A stretch of 63,999 nucleotides of DNA, the filler included, from Catajapyx aquilonaris (lineage: Eukaryota), in NCBI GenBank assembly GCA_000934665.2. It is 3 parts of 3 records of this genome, joined end to end, with 100 filler letters (N's around TTAATTAATTAA, not from the genome) between each part and the next. Parts side by side here need not be neighbours in the genome. Positions count along the whole stretch, not along the records: positions 1 to 21,613 come from JYFJ02006012.1; positions 21,714 to 43,315 come from JYFJ02006013.1; 1 more part is not named here. The stretch is one strand, 5' to 3'. Position 1 is the first letter of the stretch. Each line of letters starts with the position of its first letter. Positions 12,101 to 23,660 of this stretch are shown in pieces. The notes beneath the pieces are model-generated. The model made no database searches. It was not told the DNA's origin and saw only the letters and a program-made list of their open reading frames with translations. The translations under genes were made by a program, and so were the position numbers.

Positions 12101-13480
12101 ATTGTGCCTTAACTTCAACATTGGCTTCACAAGACCTCGTGTGGATGTTTGCTCAACATGTTTAAGATTACAAGAATGCATCAAGAGCAATACGTCGTCA
12201 GCAGAGGCGAAGGCAGAAGCCGCAGGCTGCAAATGAAGGTCCACAAAAGGCAGGCAAAGACGTTCCACACCCTCCTCCATGCTGAAGCAGGAAATTCTCG
12301 GGTATTGACCTTATCCTATGACTGCCAGAAAAATCCAGTACTGCCACGAGTACCTGACCAACAAGCGTATTACAGCCGGCAACTGTATCAGTACAATTTC
12401 AAGGTGGCAGCCCGGCAGACGCTTGGATCCGAAACATGTCGATATTTTTGCCTGGACAGAGGACCAGCAAGGGAAGGGGTCAGCAGTTATCGCTTCTGCT
12501 GTCAACCACAAACTCAATCAGCAGGATGTGACTGGAGTCCAGCGCATCCGTCTCTTTGCCGACGGATGTGGGGGACAGAACAAGAACATCAGCATGATCG
12601 GGATGGTAGCGAAGTTCCTCCATGATGCACCCCCTTCTGTCAAAGACGTAGGCATGGTGTTCCCGGTGAGAGGCCACTCGTATCTCCCAGCGGATCGAGT
12701 GTTTGGAGCCATCGAAAAGCGCATTACGAAAGAGGAGGTGATAGTCAAGCCAGAACAGTATCACGATACATACAAGCCTTCAGGAACAGTCCTGACACTT
12801 CCTGATGATTGGAAAGTTTACGAATGGAAGACAGCAGTGTCGAAATGTGTCAAGAGTCCTGGCGCACTGCACTTTCAGATCTCTCATTGCAAGAGAATTC
12901 TGTTCAAGTGCAAAGGTGCGGCTGTTGTAGTGAACGGAGAACACAATTTCATGACAGACATGGGTGTCTTCAAACCCATCCTGAAGAGGGGTAAAAGCTT
13001 TGCTGATTTGGTTCCTGAAAGGGCACCAGTGGGAGTGCCTGTCCACGAAGCAAAATTACATGATGTCGCTAAACTCTTACAAACCCATTTTGGCCCCAAC
13101 TGGGAGGAAAGGGATGATCTTGCTTACTACAAGAAAGTATTGTGTGCAGAGACTGTGGCAGACGACCCACAAGAGGAAAGAACAGAGTGCATGTGCAAGG
13201 AGTCTGAGGAACAAGAAGTAACCTTGTAGTAAGAGTCTCGATGGTAATAAAACCAAGGCGGAACTATACGAATGTTTAGCATTCTCATGTTTTCATAATA
13301 AGAACTATTCACAAGTTGCATCCATTATAATTTATTATTTCATGCTCCTCTGCATGGTTTTTGAGAACCCACAAGAAAATTGTATCAGCAAAACCGGCCA
13401 TGTCCTTATGCTGTGCAGCAAACATGGCCATATCCAGAGGGAGTGACGTCACAACGGCGTTTGATTTCCTCAATTGACTC
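12100..13480 (+). mobile_element. Sola1-like DNA transposon, 3' part (transposase pseudogene plus right end)
   Basis: FNIGFTRPRVDVCSTC, SYDCQKNPVLP...YYSRQLYQYNF, FAWTEDQQGKGS, IRLFADGCGGQNKN and FPVRGHSYLPADRVFGAIEK; stop at 13229. Candidate terminus ...TTTCCTCAATTGACTC (reverse complement 5'-GAG) at 13480. Confidence 0.8.
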
Positions 13481-14113
13481 ATGTGTATAGACAACCTCGA
13501 ACCCATGACATTAGCATTCGCAGTGTAGCAAGGTGTCATAGTTTTGGTGTGATATATTTTTCTGGTTTCACTTTATGACGGAGATGGCCGGGGTTACAAG
13601 TCAACCTGTTTTCAGATAACTGCTGCGCCCAGAACAAAAACAACGCTATTGTGCAGTTTTTGTACACGTGTGTGAAGGTAGGCAGGTTCGATCGCGTAAG
13701 GCATATAGGGACAGAAACGACGCAATGCCAAAGCTTTCTGACATTCTGGAACCTTCCGAACCTCCAGAGGCTGTACCTGCGGTGCCTAAGCGGCGGAAAC
13801 TTCATTTATCTCCATTTGTGTCTCCACCAACCAGCGGCTCCAGTGAAAGTGTCGGGACAGGTTGGGAACTCGTTGCCCAACCTTAGTCCTAAGAATGAGC
13901 AAGTTCTAAGTGTTCATAGTGATTCGGAGGATTCCGAGGGTCAGTGTTTATAGATAGCATAAGATTATATTCGCATGTAAAGAGCACTGTCCTGATATAT
14001 TGATCCATTTCAGTTGCATATCAGTTTATGTACAGCGTGCTATGCTATATGGGCAGTGGAAGCTATGCTTCTTTTTCCATTATTGATCCCATAATGCTTT
14101 CCCCCCCCCCCCN

Positions 14114-14153
14114 CAGCCCTGAAGAGGGGCTTTACCCCGAAACCGGTCGGCTG
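14114..14153 (+). ncRNA. Minimal type I hammerhead ribozyme (Penelope/retrozyme type)
   Basis: CAGCC-CUGAAGA-GGGG cuuua CCCC-GAAA-CCGG-UC^GGCUG: stem I CAGCC/GGCUG, core CUGANGA, stem II GGGG/CCCC, GAAA, palindromic ACCGGU stem III and a GUC cleavage triplet ending at 14148. Confidence 0.88.
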
Positions 14154-15139
14154 GTATCATATTAATCCAACTTGTGTCCACTTTCCCAGAAATTATTGTG
14201 GATCAATAACTGGAAGCTGCCTGGATTGTGGCCTCAGGGCTGTATTGTAATTACAGCTTGTGTTAAATATAGTTATGGTTGACTGGAAAACACGTAGCAT
14301 TCTTTCCACGTCAGGACCTAGGTCCTTCTTGCTTATTAGGGCAGTTACAACAGTTCAGTTGTCGTCACGCGGATGGGGACAACTCCAGGTTCGTACCCAG
14401 AACCAGTTGGTGGACAAGCCAAGCAACAGTGGGAGATAAGGTAATCATAGTAGTCATGTCGCATGCATGCCAGGCAGTTTCAATGGAGTGGTCTAGTAAC
14501 ATGACCTTTGCTTAAAGGCGTTTCCTCGGCTGTATGTTCTCTTGCCTAATCACCAAACCTAACCTAACCAACCCTTTTTACCATAATTTTGCATAATCTT
14601 TTTCATAATTGTGTCATTTTTGTTTACTTTATTTCCCAATAGCGGGTTACCTTTCCTTGCAGACATTTGGTCTTTTCTGATTGTTGGAATTTGTCTTTGT
14701 TTTCAGTCCCAGAGGGGCATCTTGTACTGTACTTGTGTAAGTCGCCTCTTACGAGCCCACAATGGGCGAAACAGCTGTCAGGCGCAGCATAATGAGAAAT
14801 ATAATATAATCTGCTGAATTAGTTGCCGTGCCCTGGGTTATTTCAACTAAGCTAACCTAATAACCTTTAAAACCTTTTAAATGTAAACCTACGTTTGTGA
14901 AGAACTTTAATGAAAAGTTCAATGCATTTTGTGTTGCAACATGTTCAAATGTTGTTGTTACCTTGGCCACTGTTATCATACAAGTTTAACAAAGTCATAT
15001 ATGTTATACCACAGAGCATGTACTTTGCTCAACATACCCAGCAATACATTCAGATGTGATACTATTTCATTGTACTTGCTCAAGACAAGTATAGCGATAG
15101 TCTATTATTTTCTCATTAATTTCTTGTGTGGATGTTTTC

Positions 15140-16020
15140 ATGAGACTGCATCTCCTACAACTTCTAGTGCAGAAGACAATCAGGTCTCTGGGTAGCTGAA
15201 GCGCAAGAGACACACATTTACTCTGCCTGACTTCACAACAGAATGATGTTCAGCCCATGTTGCAAGGAAGAGATATTACAGAAAAGCATCAGAAATCAAT
15301 GAGCTCTGATCTTAAGAACGAGATCATTAATTACTTGGAGTAGGTACGCTGTAGTACTGTAGTTACAGTTCAAGAAATTAATTCACTTCTTATTTCAGTG
15401 AAGGCAACCTCATTACTAGCGGATCAACAGCACAAATCAGATGGTTATATGACGACCTGGGTTTTGCACTGACTTGCACCCTGACTTGCTATGGGACAAG
15501 CTCAGTTCCAGTAAGAGGAAGTGTACAACAGTGAAAAATGCTTGTGTGATTATTATTATTGTTGTTGTTGTTGTTGTTGTTGTTACAACATGCCATGATA
15601 TTACTTTCTGTACATACATACATATATATATACATACATAGCACGGTACCTTATATCATTGACATCCGTCTTTGCAGACGATCTTTATACAGCGCTTATC
15701 CTGGATGCGCAACAAACAAAGAAACCGAAAGGTCAAGAATGCAGGTGATGACAGAAATAACATTCCAGATGACGCATTAAATCGCAATGTCTTACCCATT
15801 GTGGAGCCTGCAGACAACCTAACCAGCTGTGAAGATGCAACAGCTGAACTGAATGTAAGTTAAACACTGATGAATGGTTGTACATATTCTTGGTTAATTT
15901 TCTTGTATATTGCATCTGTTATTGCAGATGATGGCAGAGACAATGGAAGAAGGTGGCACATGCGATGAGAACCGATTGAAAATTTTGCTTCAGATAACCG
16001 CATGCACCATCTGCAATACA
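15140..16020 (+). pseudogene. Decayed second SAMD3-like/EnSpm accessory gene fragments
   Basis: Remnant peptides KRKRHTFTLPDF..DVQPML...MSSDLKNEIINYL and IQRLSWMRNKQRNRK...CEDATAELN|GTAAGT...TTGCAG|MMAET with splice signals and internal stops. Confidence 0.4.
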
Positions 16021-17229
16021 GTCAGTAATGTGATCAGACATGGACTGCCTCTTTTTCCTTAACTTGTAGGTGACAGGGCGTGCTTCGTCATTTTGTTTTT
16101 TGTGAACTAACCTAACCACACCGTACCGTTGCCCAGTAGAGCATGCCCTTCAATGACCCTGGATTGTGTGAATGACCTTCTTGCAAGTACATTTTTCCTA
16201 TAGTTGAGTTTCCAATGGAATTTTGTCACTTTTTCCACACTCTGTTGTGGTCAGCCATCTATGATGCAGTAATCAGTTGGGATTTACAGTTTGAAGCGGC
16301 CATTTTTTTATACAGTCAGTTATAATATACCATTTGAATTTTGGGAGCAAGCAATTTTAAGAGTAAATTTCTGCCTTTCTGATGATGTTTGAGCCCTATA
16401 ATTTTTCAGGCCTATTGTTACTTTGCGTTTGTGCGCTGCCAGGTCGCATCCCAGGTTTAGCTTGTAACCTAACCTAACCTAACCAACCACACCTGCGTGT
16501 GCAGGAACACACAAAATGTAAACGTGTGAAAAGTGACTTACCTGTGAAATAACATGTAAACTGGAAACGTGTGGAAAATGACTTATCTATGCAGTGACAT
16601 GTAACAGAATAGAAACAGTGCTAGAAGTGTCGCGTTGTTTGTCTCCTGTGGGAGTAACTAACTGCAACCTAACCTATCACACAACGAGAGTTCCATACTC
16701 CGCTTGTTAGCACTGGACCACTCAGCAGCCATGATGGAGGACAGACCTAAGCATTTCAAGGAAATAATCCTGCAGAATGAGGAAGCGGTGGCAGCGCACA
16801 TGGACCATCACCCAGGCCAATACCTAGTTCGACAATTGGCCAAGAAACAACCCGTAATCTTCAACGAGGGGTACTAATTTCAGGTGAACTCAGATGACAA
16901 GACAGATTTACCAGGCATTGAGACACCAGGGTTATTTTCAAACAGAGTGGCAACCAAAGGGGGACCCCATTAACGCGACCCTGGCAGCATTTAAAAGGCA
17001 AATATATTTGGCCAATAAGATAGATGACCACGAACGATCCATCGCAGCTGTGACCTAGCGAGACCTATACCATTTACGTACGCGTTATAGATCAGAATTT
17101 CACAAGCTTATGCGACTTAATCTCGCCCGTTGTGCAATATCCTTTTAAACACATGACACTTAGTCATCTGGATATTGCGCAGTTGATCAGTATGAAATCG
17201 ATGACAAAGGACAATTTTTCCTTATGCTG

Positions 17230-17624
17230 CAGAGTGCAGTTGCGAAAGAGGCGTTGCGCCACCCTTCGCACCTGCACTTATTGCACCATAATGTCGCAAG
17301 TTTTAACTATAATTCTGCGCGTTAAAGGCACCATTGGCCACTATAAAAAGGCTCGCCGTTTCCCATCTCCTCAGTCTCTCTCCAGGACGGACACCCGCGT
17401 ATCATCAGTATGTAAGTACCAGTTATTATCATTTTATATTTTAGTAACGGTATAGTGTAATATTATTAAACACTTATTATAATACGTAAGTGATGTATAG
17501 TGAAGTGACAAAATAAATGTCTTACTCTTCTGATATGTGTGTATTTCTTACTCTCTGGGGCTACTTATCGGAAAACTTTAACATCAGCTAGATACCTGGG
17601 CTAATCACATTTAAGTTGATGACA
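17230..17624 (+). mobile_element. 3' part of a 5' LTR (start not defined)
   Basis: Contains CCATTGG...TATAAAAA and AATAAA, ends in ...GTTGATGACA directly before a PBS, and is homologous to 32037-32265. Confidence 0.8.
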
Positions 17625-17642
17625 TGGTGCCGTGACCAGGAT
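17625..17642 (+). promoter_or_regulatory. Primer-binding site complementary to tRNA-His
   Basis: TGGTGCCGTGACCAGGAT is the reverse complement of ATCCTGGTCACGGCA-CCA, the 3' end of insect tRNA-His(GTG), and sits immediately after the LTR-terminal CA. Confidence 0.9.
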
Positions 17643-17742
17643 TTAATTGTGATTAACTTTAATGGTGATTAACGCATAAAACGTTTTCCGAGACCAGCCC
17701 TAGGCGGGAGAAGTTGTATACGCATAGTGTTAGTGTTAAATA

Positions 17743-18940
17743 TTGCTAGTTCGACACTGTGGTAATTTTATGTCAGACAGTGAGGGGGAGAGCGCATTAA
17801 AAACCACTGGAAGTATATTAGGACAGTATAAGGAGAAGGTGATAGTTTTGACATCCTTGTTAGAACGTGAGTGTGAATTATCCTCTCAGCTAATAGCAAC
17901 CATGACGGGCACGGACACAAAAGTTAGTGCAAGTACTAGTACCGCTGTTCAGGAGCAGGTAGTCCGGTTTAATAGTGGACTGTTAATGACAATCCCGTAT
18001 TTTGAGGGCCGTGCAGAGGGGGATGAGGCAGATAAAAGTGATGATGCGAAAGGGGTCATCATATTGTTGGACAACTGGAGGGGCAGGAAGAGGGTGCAGG
18101 CCGAAGAGGGCCAGACAGAGGGCGCTGTGGGATTGCGCCATACCGTCAGGAGGCTGGAAGAGGACACAGAGAGATGTGTCAAGGGATGCTGCAGTGGGCC
18201 AGGGGCGTCGCAGATCCTGGAGCCAGCGACGAGTGGTCTGGATGCCGGTAAGAATACCTGGAGGCCGAGGCAGAAAGGTCCAGAGGTAGAAGATACCAAG
18301 AGTTTGCTGTTGGCGAGTAATGAGAACGACGAAGATGACACTTTTAAAGGGACCATCCCGGGGAGGGATGATTTGATGGACCAGGGTCAGGTGAAGGCAG
18401 AGGAGAAGCAGACTGAGGGCAGTTTGCGCCACACCGACAGGGAGCTGGGGGAAATGCAGAGATCCAGGGGGTCTGCAGGTCCTGGGGTCAGCGACTGGCA
18501 GTCTGAAGGCAGGCGAGTACATCTGGAGGCCGAAGCAGAAGAGTTCTAAGAGACGTTCTCATGGTGGAGACAACCATATGAAGAGGAAGGCGAAAGTCCG
18601 GTGCCGAGAGGAGTGTGCCGAGTCGCTGCACCATCCAGTCGTGGGGCGATAAGATGCTGGGGAGAAACTACTGGAAAAGCACTGTGTCCACCAGGCTGAT
18701 CAGAAGAGTCTGGAGGAAGAGCAGAAGGGCCCAGAGACTGGTTGTGAAACAGATGCTGCTCTTGAGAAGACTGGTGGTCGTGCAGCAGCAACAGCAACTA
18801 TGGGAGACAAACTGCGACTGGCTCAAGATATAAACTACAGCTGGAGGAACTGGAGGAAAAGAAGAAAAGAAAAAAAAAATGGCTGGAAGTGGAGAGTTGT
18901 TGGAACGAGATAGTTCTCGTTCCGTTTAAGGGGGGAAGAT
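17743..18940 (+). mobile_element. Internally deleted LTR-retrotransposon body: gag-like ORF remnant and polypurine tract
   Basis: 268-aa ORF (..MTIPYFEG..) follows the PBS and contains a diverged internal repeat (QTEG..LRHT...GPG.S twice). PPT AAGGGGGGAAGAT at 18928-18940 is followed by TGT. No pol is present. Confidence 0.65.
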
Positions 18941-19175
18941 TGTAGTGTCCAGGCAACTGGCTGGTGATGGTTGCTTGGTCACTGAGTTATTTATGTTGTT
19001 GAGAGAACCAGCGTTGTTGAGGTTTCCTATCAGTTCTTGTTATAACGTCCTCCTGGACGGATGTGCTGTACCTGTTGTCTGAATAGAGTCCACAATGGTG
19101 GTTTTTGCCCTTTCCCCGGTGTGTTTCCTTGGATGGTTTTGTGGTGTCTCTCATGCCTCATCGTGAGGCACTACA
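18941..19175 (+). mobile_element. Candidate 3' LTR
   Basis: Starts TGTAGTG right after the PPT; CACTACA at 19169-19175 gives a 7-bp terminal inverted repeat. Confidence 0.5.
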
Positions 19176-19329
19176 ATATCAAGTTATTCCTCTCCATGTC
19201 ACATGTTTTAGCCAGGGCAATGCGAAGCTGCAATAAGTTATAGCCATAAATGAAATAGGTGCCATTCAAGAAATCTAAACCAAACGTCATCTTAACATGT
19301 GTTATTGAGATAACAATTATTTTCTCTTC

Positions 19330-20556
19330 TTAAGGAGAGTCACTAAACCTTGTGGAAGGAGGCAGAACAGAAGAAGAGTATCCGAAACACTAAACAGAGT
19401 TTTGCAAGATATCCAGGAAGATGCCTGTGTGTCAAGACAACAGTTGAATGAAAAGGCAAATAACAGCAGCACTAATGACTGTCACAGCATGAACGAAGGA
19501 GGTGCTGAAGCCAGGGAAGATGCTCTGATGAGTGAAGAAGTCATCAGCAATGATGTTGAGATGCAAGAGTGTGAACAGGTGGGTGATGATGAGTGTGTGG
19601 AAAATGTTCTAATCTCATCCAGCAGTGAGTGACAGTTCTCAGTGCATCACAAAGGGCGAGCCCCCTTTATCAGTAGAACTGCACCAGTGGGCCATTGAAC
19701 ATCACATTACTGCCACAGGTGTAACACGGCACTCCTGCACAGTTTGGTTAAATTCTGGGATTCAGATCATCTGCCATTAGATATGCCAGTTTTCAAGAAC
19801 AGCTGCAAGAGGCACATCACCGTGGGACTTCCATTTTGGAGGATTTGAATGTAAAGATGGTCTCCCAGTTTCCTTTGGAATACATGCATCTGGTCTGTCT
19901 GGGAGTTATGCGCAAGTTAGTTGATATGTTCCTGGCTTCAAAGTCATGAAGTGGAGTGTCAGTGGCCTCAGGCAATGCCGTGAGCGAATTTCTGGAGGGA
20001 TTTCATGCATGGACGCCGTCCGAGTTTGGGAGAAAACCAAGAGCCTTGAATGAGTGGCATAAATGGAAGGCCACAGAGTTTCGTCAGCTCTAGATATATA
20101 CCGGCCCACTTGTTTTTAAGAAGAATATGAAGAAGAGCCATTTCCGTCACTGCCCTGCATGTCGCAATGAGGATTCTGGCAAGCCCAACACTCTGCATGG
20201 AATTGAATGATTACGCTTCTGATCTGTTGGTGTATTTTGTGGAACATTTTGCTGACATGTATGGAAAGCATCACATTTCATACAACGTTCATGGTCTACT
20301 TCATGTGGCACATGATGTCAAGAATTATGGTCCCCTGGACTCATATTCTGCTTTCCCATTCGAAAACCATTTGCAAGTGATCAAGAGCATGCCCAGGAAA
20401 GCCCACAAGCCATTGCAGCAACTGTACAACAGAATATGTGAATACCAACAGGCCAACACATCATCTTACAGCTTTGATGATGAAGAAACAATAATGCAAT
20501 CATGTGACACAGTGAAATTGATCAAATCTCATCAAACATCGTCCCATCTCAAATAG
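19330..20556 (+). pseudogene. EnSpm/CMC transposase fragment (mainly C-terminal), degenerate
   Basis: ELHQWAIEH, DHLPLD, WKATEFRQ..YTGP and LHVAMRILAS...FVEHFADMYGKHHISYNVHGLLHVAHDVKNYGPLDSYSAFPFENHL...KPLQQLYNRICE. Confidence 0.88.
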
Positions 20557-20573
20557 CAAATTCCGAGCATGTC

Positions 20574-21515
20574 ATGAGGTGTCCAGTTCTGATTGGCCAA
20601 CAAGAGTTAACCTCACCACATGTATTTTTAAAGCACATTAAAAGCCATATTGCCAATGGCTGTGAGATTCAGTGCCCATTTCAGTATTGCTCGAAAAAAT
20701 TCAAAATATTATCATCATTTACGTCTCACATGTCACGAACTCATAGTGGATCCTCTCACCTGTCAAGTGATTTGTATGTAGTTCCTGCTAGTTCCTCCAG
20801 CAATGTGCCAGTATGCATACCACCATGTGAGGATGGTAGTGAAACCTTAATTACAGATGGTAGCAATAACAATTCAGATGTGGTGAGTGAATCCCAACTT
20901 TGCCAGAAACTGGCAGCACTATATTTACAGCTGCAGCATGTTCCTGCTTCGACGATTCAGACCATCATTGAAGAGGTTCACATTGCACAAAATTTGAACC
21001 AGGCACATATCTGTCGTGAACTTGCACAGTCTTTAAGTAAGCATAATGTAGCTGAGGAGATCTTAAATGTTTTTGCAACAGTTGGTCGCAGTGATATGTT
21101 GGCACAGATACATGCATCCAAGTCAGGTGATTTAAGCAGCATATTTAAGCGCAGAAAATACTACAAGATAAAATTCAACTTTGTGCCACCTTGTGCCATG
21201 CTATTTGGAATTGACTCGTGCAACAAGGTTCAGTTTTATCAATACATTCCGATCAAAGACACTCTTGCTGGTATGTTTAGGGATGAGTTTGTGAGAAAGC
21301 ACTTCATCCAGTCTGTGCAAAATACAGGGATGGCATCCTCCGTGATTTCACAGATGGTGCTGCGTTCAAAGAGAACACTTACTTTCAGACTAACCGGGAT
21401 TCCTTGCGCATCATGTTATATCAAGATGCCTTTGAAATAGTGAATCCCCTAGGATCTGCAAAATCCAAGCACGAAATTCTTGGCGTGTACTACACTCTTG
21501 GGAATTTGCCCCGGT
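20574..21515 (+). pseudogene. Second EnSpm/CMC transposase, N-terminal part with C2H2 fingers
   Basis: FLKHIKSH..CPFQYCSKKFKILSSFTSHMSRTH and YQYIPIKDTL; after a frameshift, LRIMLYQDAFEIVNPLGSAKSKHEILGVYYTLGNLP. Confidence 0.88.
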
Positions 21516-21613
21516 TGCATATTAACAAACTGTACATGGCTAGAGAGACAGGCGGCCTGGGCCCCGCCCTCCCTCGCTCCGATTGGTCCTGCGTCTGGCG
21601 CGCTTTTAAAAAC

Positions 21614-21713
21614 NNNNNNNNNNNNNNNNNNNNNNNNNNNNNNNNNNNNNNNNNNNNTTAATTAATTAANNNNNNNNNNNNNNNNNNNNNNNNNNNNNNN
21701 NNNNNNNNNNNNN
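21614..21713. other. Artificial contig linker (assembly gap)
   Basis: 44 N + TTAATTAATTAA (stops in all six frames) + 44 N = 100 bp. Confidence 0.97.
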
Positions 21714-21836
21714 CTCCACTCATAGTTGGGACTACCTTACACTATAGTTGTTTTATTTCTATCACCCCTAGAACATAGCCAGGACGGAAACTTTTGGCGC
21801 CTACCTCGTAAAAGCAAAAGCACTTACTGCACTAAT

Positions 21837-21885
21837 TTATTTTATATTATTTTTTATTTTTGGTATCCCGTGATAACCCTCACTG
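21837..21885 (-). mobile_element. 49-nt 5'-truncated SINE/LINE 3' tail
   Basis: Reverse complement reads GGGTTATCACGGGATACC plus an A-rich tail, matching the 3' end of SINE family B. Perfect 11-bp TSD ACTGCACTAAT at 21826-21836 and 21886-21896. Confidence 0.75.
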
Positions 21886-22900
21886 ACTGCACTAATAAAT
21901 GACATTGAATGTGAAAATTTACATATAGCATCGCAACTTCTCATACAGCACAGAAAAACCAGACTCAAGATATAACTCGAGCCGATAACCAGATATAAGC
22001 TTACGTGCATGTGCTGTAATAAGGCTTACATGACTTAACGGATTCACGGTCACCATCTGTTGCAGATGTCTGATTCATGTTGCAAAAAACTTGCTGTTTA
22101 GCCTGCAAAAATCACAGGAAAAGCTCAAGTTGTAATCATTAAAATTTACTAGCGAAAAGAATAGACACCTCATACACGTAACTGGTCGATATAATTTGTG
22201 CCATTTTGCTCTTATGCTCGCCAGATTGATATTATTAAAGGTTAAGCTGCTATTTTTAAAGAACATGACCATTGTGCATATGCAGATGTACGTATGCGAG
22301 TTTATACTCTTCCGTAAGGGGCGAGAAGTAGCAGTAGTTCCGTAAAGAAAGCGAGGCTGCAACTGGAAGCGGTTTCCTAGTACCCAAGGTGTCCGCCAGG
22401 TGGATCTAAATTTTTTAATACTAACAACGTCCGTGGGTCTCAGCAATAATCATATTAGCTGGCCAAAAACCAAATCATTCGGGGAATATGCTTTCTGAGC
22501 CAGCATTTTGTCACATACGGCAAGATTAGCGGATCCTCCATTTTTGTTGTTGTACCGGCTGCAGAAGTAGCTGGAAAGTAGAATTTCCTTCAACATTTGC
22601 AGCTGTCGTAGGGAGTTGACATTCATGCCATACTGCACTGGCGATACAGCAGTAGGCGTGCAGTAGCTGTGTTGTAATGCCCCTTTTAAGGGGCATGACA
22701 GCAGCTTACTGCACGGTACACCATGCTAAAGCTGGACGGCGCGAGCGCAACCAGTGCTGGCCCGCTTATGACCAAGCCACTTCTTGGTGCGATAGCTTAG
22801 GCGACGTACAGCGTGCTGGCCCGGTTACCGGTCAAGACAGGCCTGAATGCCATAGTGCAGTTAGAAACTCACGCCTCAATAACAAACACCTGTGGTTACT

Positions 22901-23186
22901 TAATCTGGGGGTTTAACGTCGGCCTAATTCTGCTGCTAAGACTAAACCCCGACGCCAGGGGGTGGTCCTCCTCCTGGAAATTTGGCCACTCTGGGGATCT
23001 TTAACGTGCACTCGCGCAATGTCACAAGCACACGGGACCGACGCGACGGCTTTACTTCCCCTCCGAAGGAAGGCGCACTCTCACTTTTCTACCACCCGGA
23101 GAAAAGTCACCGACCTCGGCCGGGTTCTAACCCGCAACTTTGGGACCAGTGGCGAGAGCGCTAACCACCAGTCCACCGGCGCCGGT
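22901..23186 (-). mobile_element. tRNA-derived SINE family A with a Deu/Nin-like central domain
   Basis: Minus strand shows an A-box-like TGGACTGGTGGTTAG, B-box-like GGGTTAGAACCC, central CCTTCGGAGGGGAAGTAAAGCCG...GCACGTTAAAGATCCCC and 3' GACGTTAAACCCC. TSD aacacctg(tg)gttact on both sides. Confidence 0.85.
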
Positions 23187-23660
23187 AACACCTGGTTACT
23201 GTCTAAACGTCTTGTACACCCAGTGAGAGAAACGTAGGCTAGTATCCAAATATCGGCGAAAATTACCAATTCATGATTTTTTGGAAAAGGTGCTACCAAT
23301 TTCATCAAATACACACCCATTCAAATCTCCAACATTCACCTAATCGCGTGTGACCTTGAACCCTAAAAAATTTCGCCTGCGACGGCCCTGCTCCCCGCCC
23401 TATACGGCCAACAGTTCTTCACATGTTACTACAGTGCGGAAAACGAAACGACGAAGTATTGTTGTGTGACGATGACGTCAGATAACAAAACATATGGTTC
23501 CATCGTTACAGCAGTATACGTAATTCTATTTGCTTCACGGATGGTTTATCGGAAAATGCAAATTAATGCGCAATAATTAGGAGAATAATGAGATTGGTTA
23601 GAGATTGCTGTGTCGGCACGTGGGTGCTCAAGGTGAACAAAAAAATCAGGCAATTTTTTA

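Noticed and set aside
11549..12280. 243-aa minus-strand ORF
   Set aside because: Antisense to the Utopia/Sola junction, spanning two unrelated elements.
21658..21669. TTAATTAATTAA as a biological motif or piggyBac site
   Set aside because: Centred in an N run and repeated identically at 43360-43371; synthetic linker.
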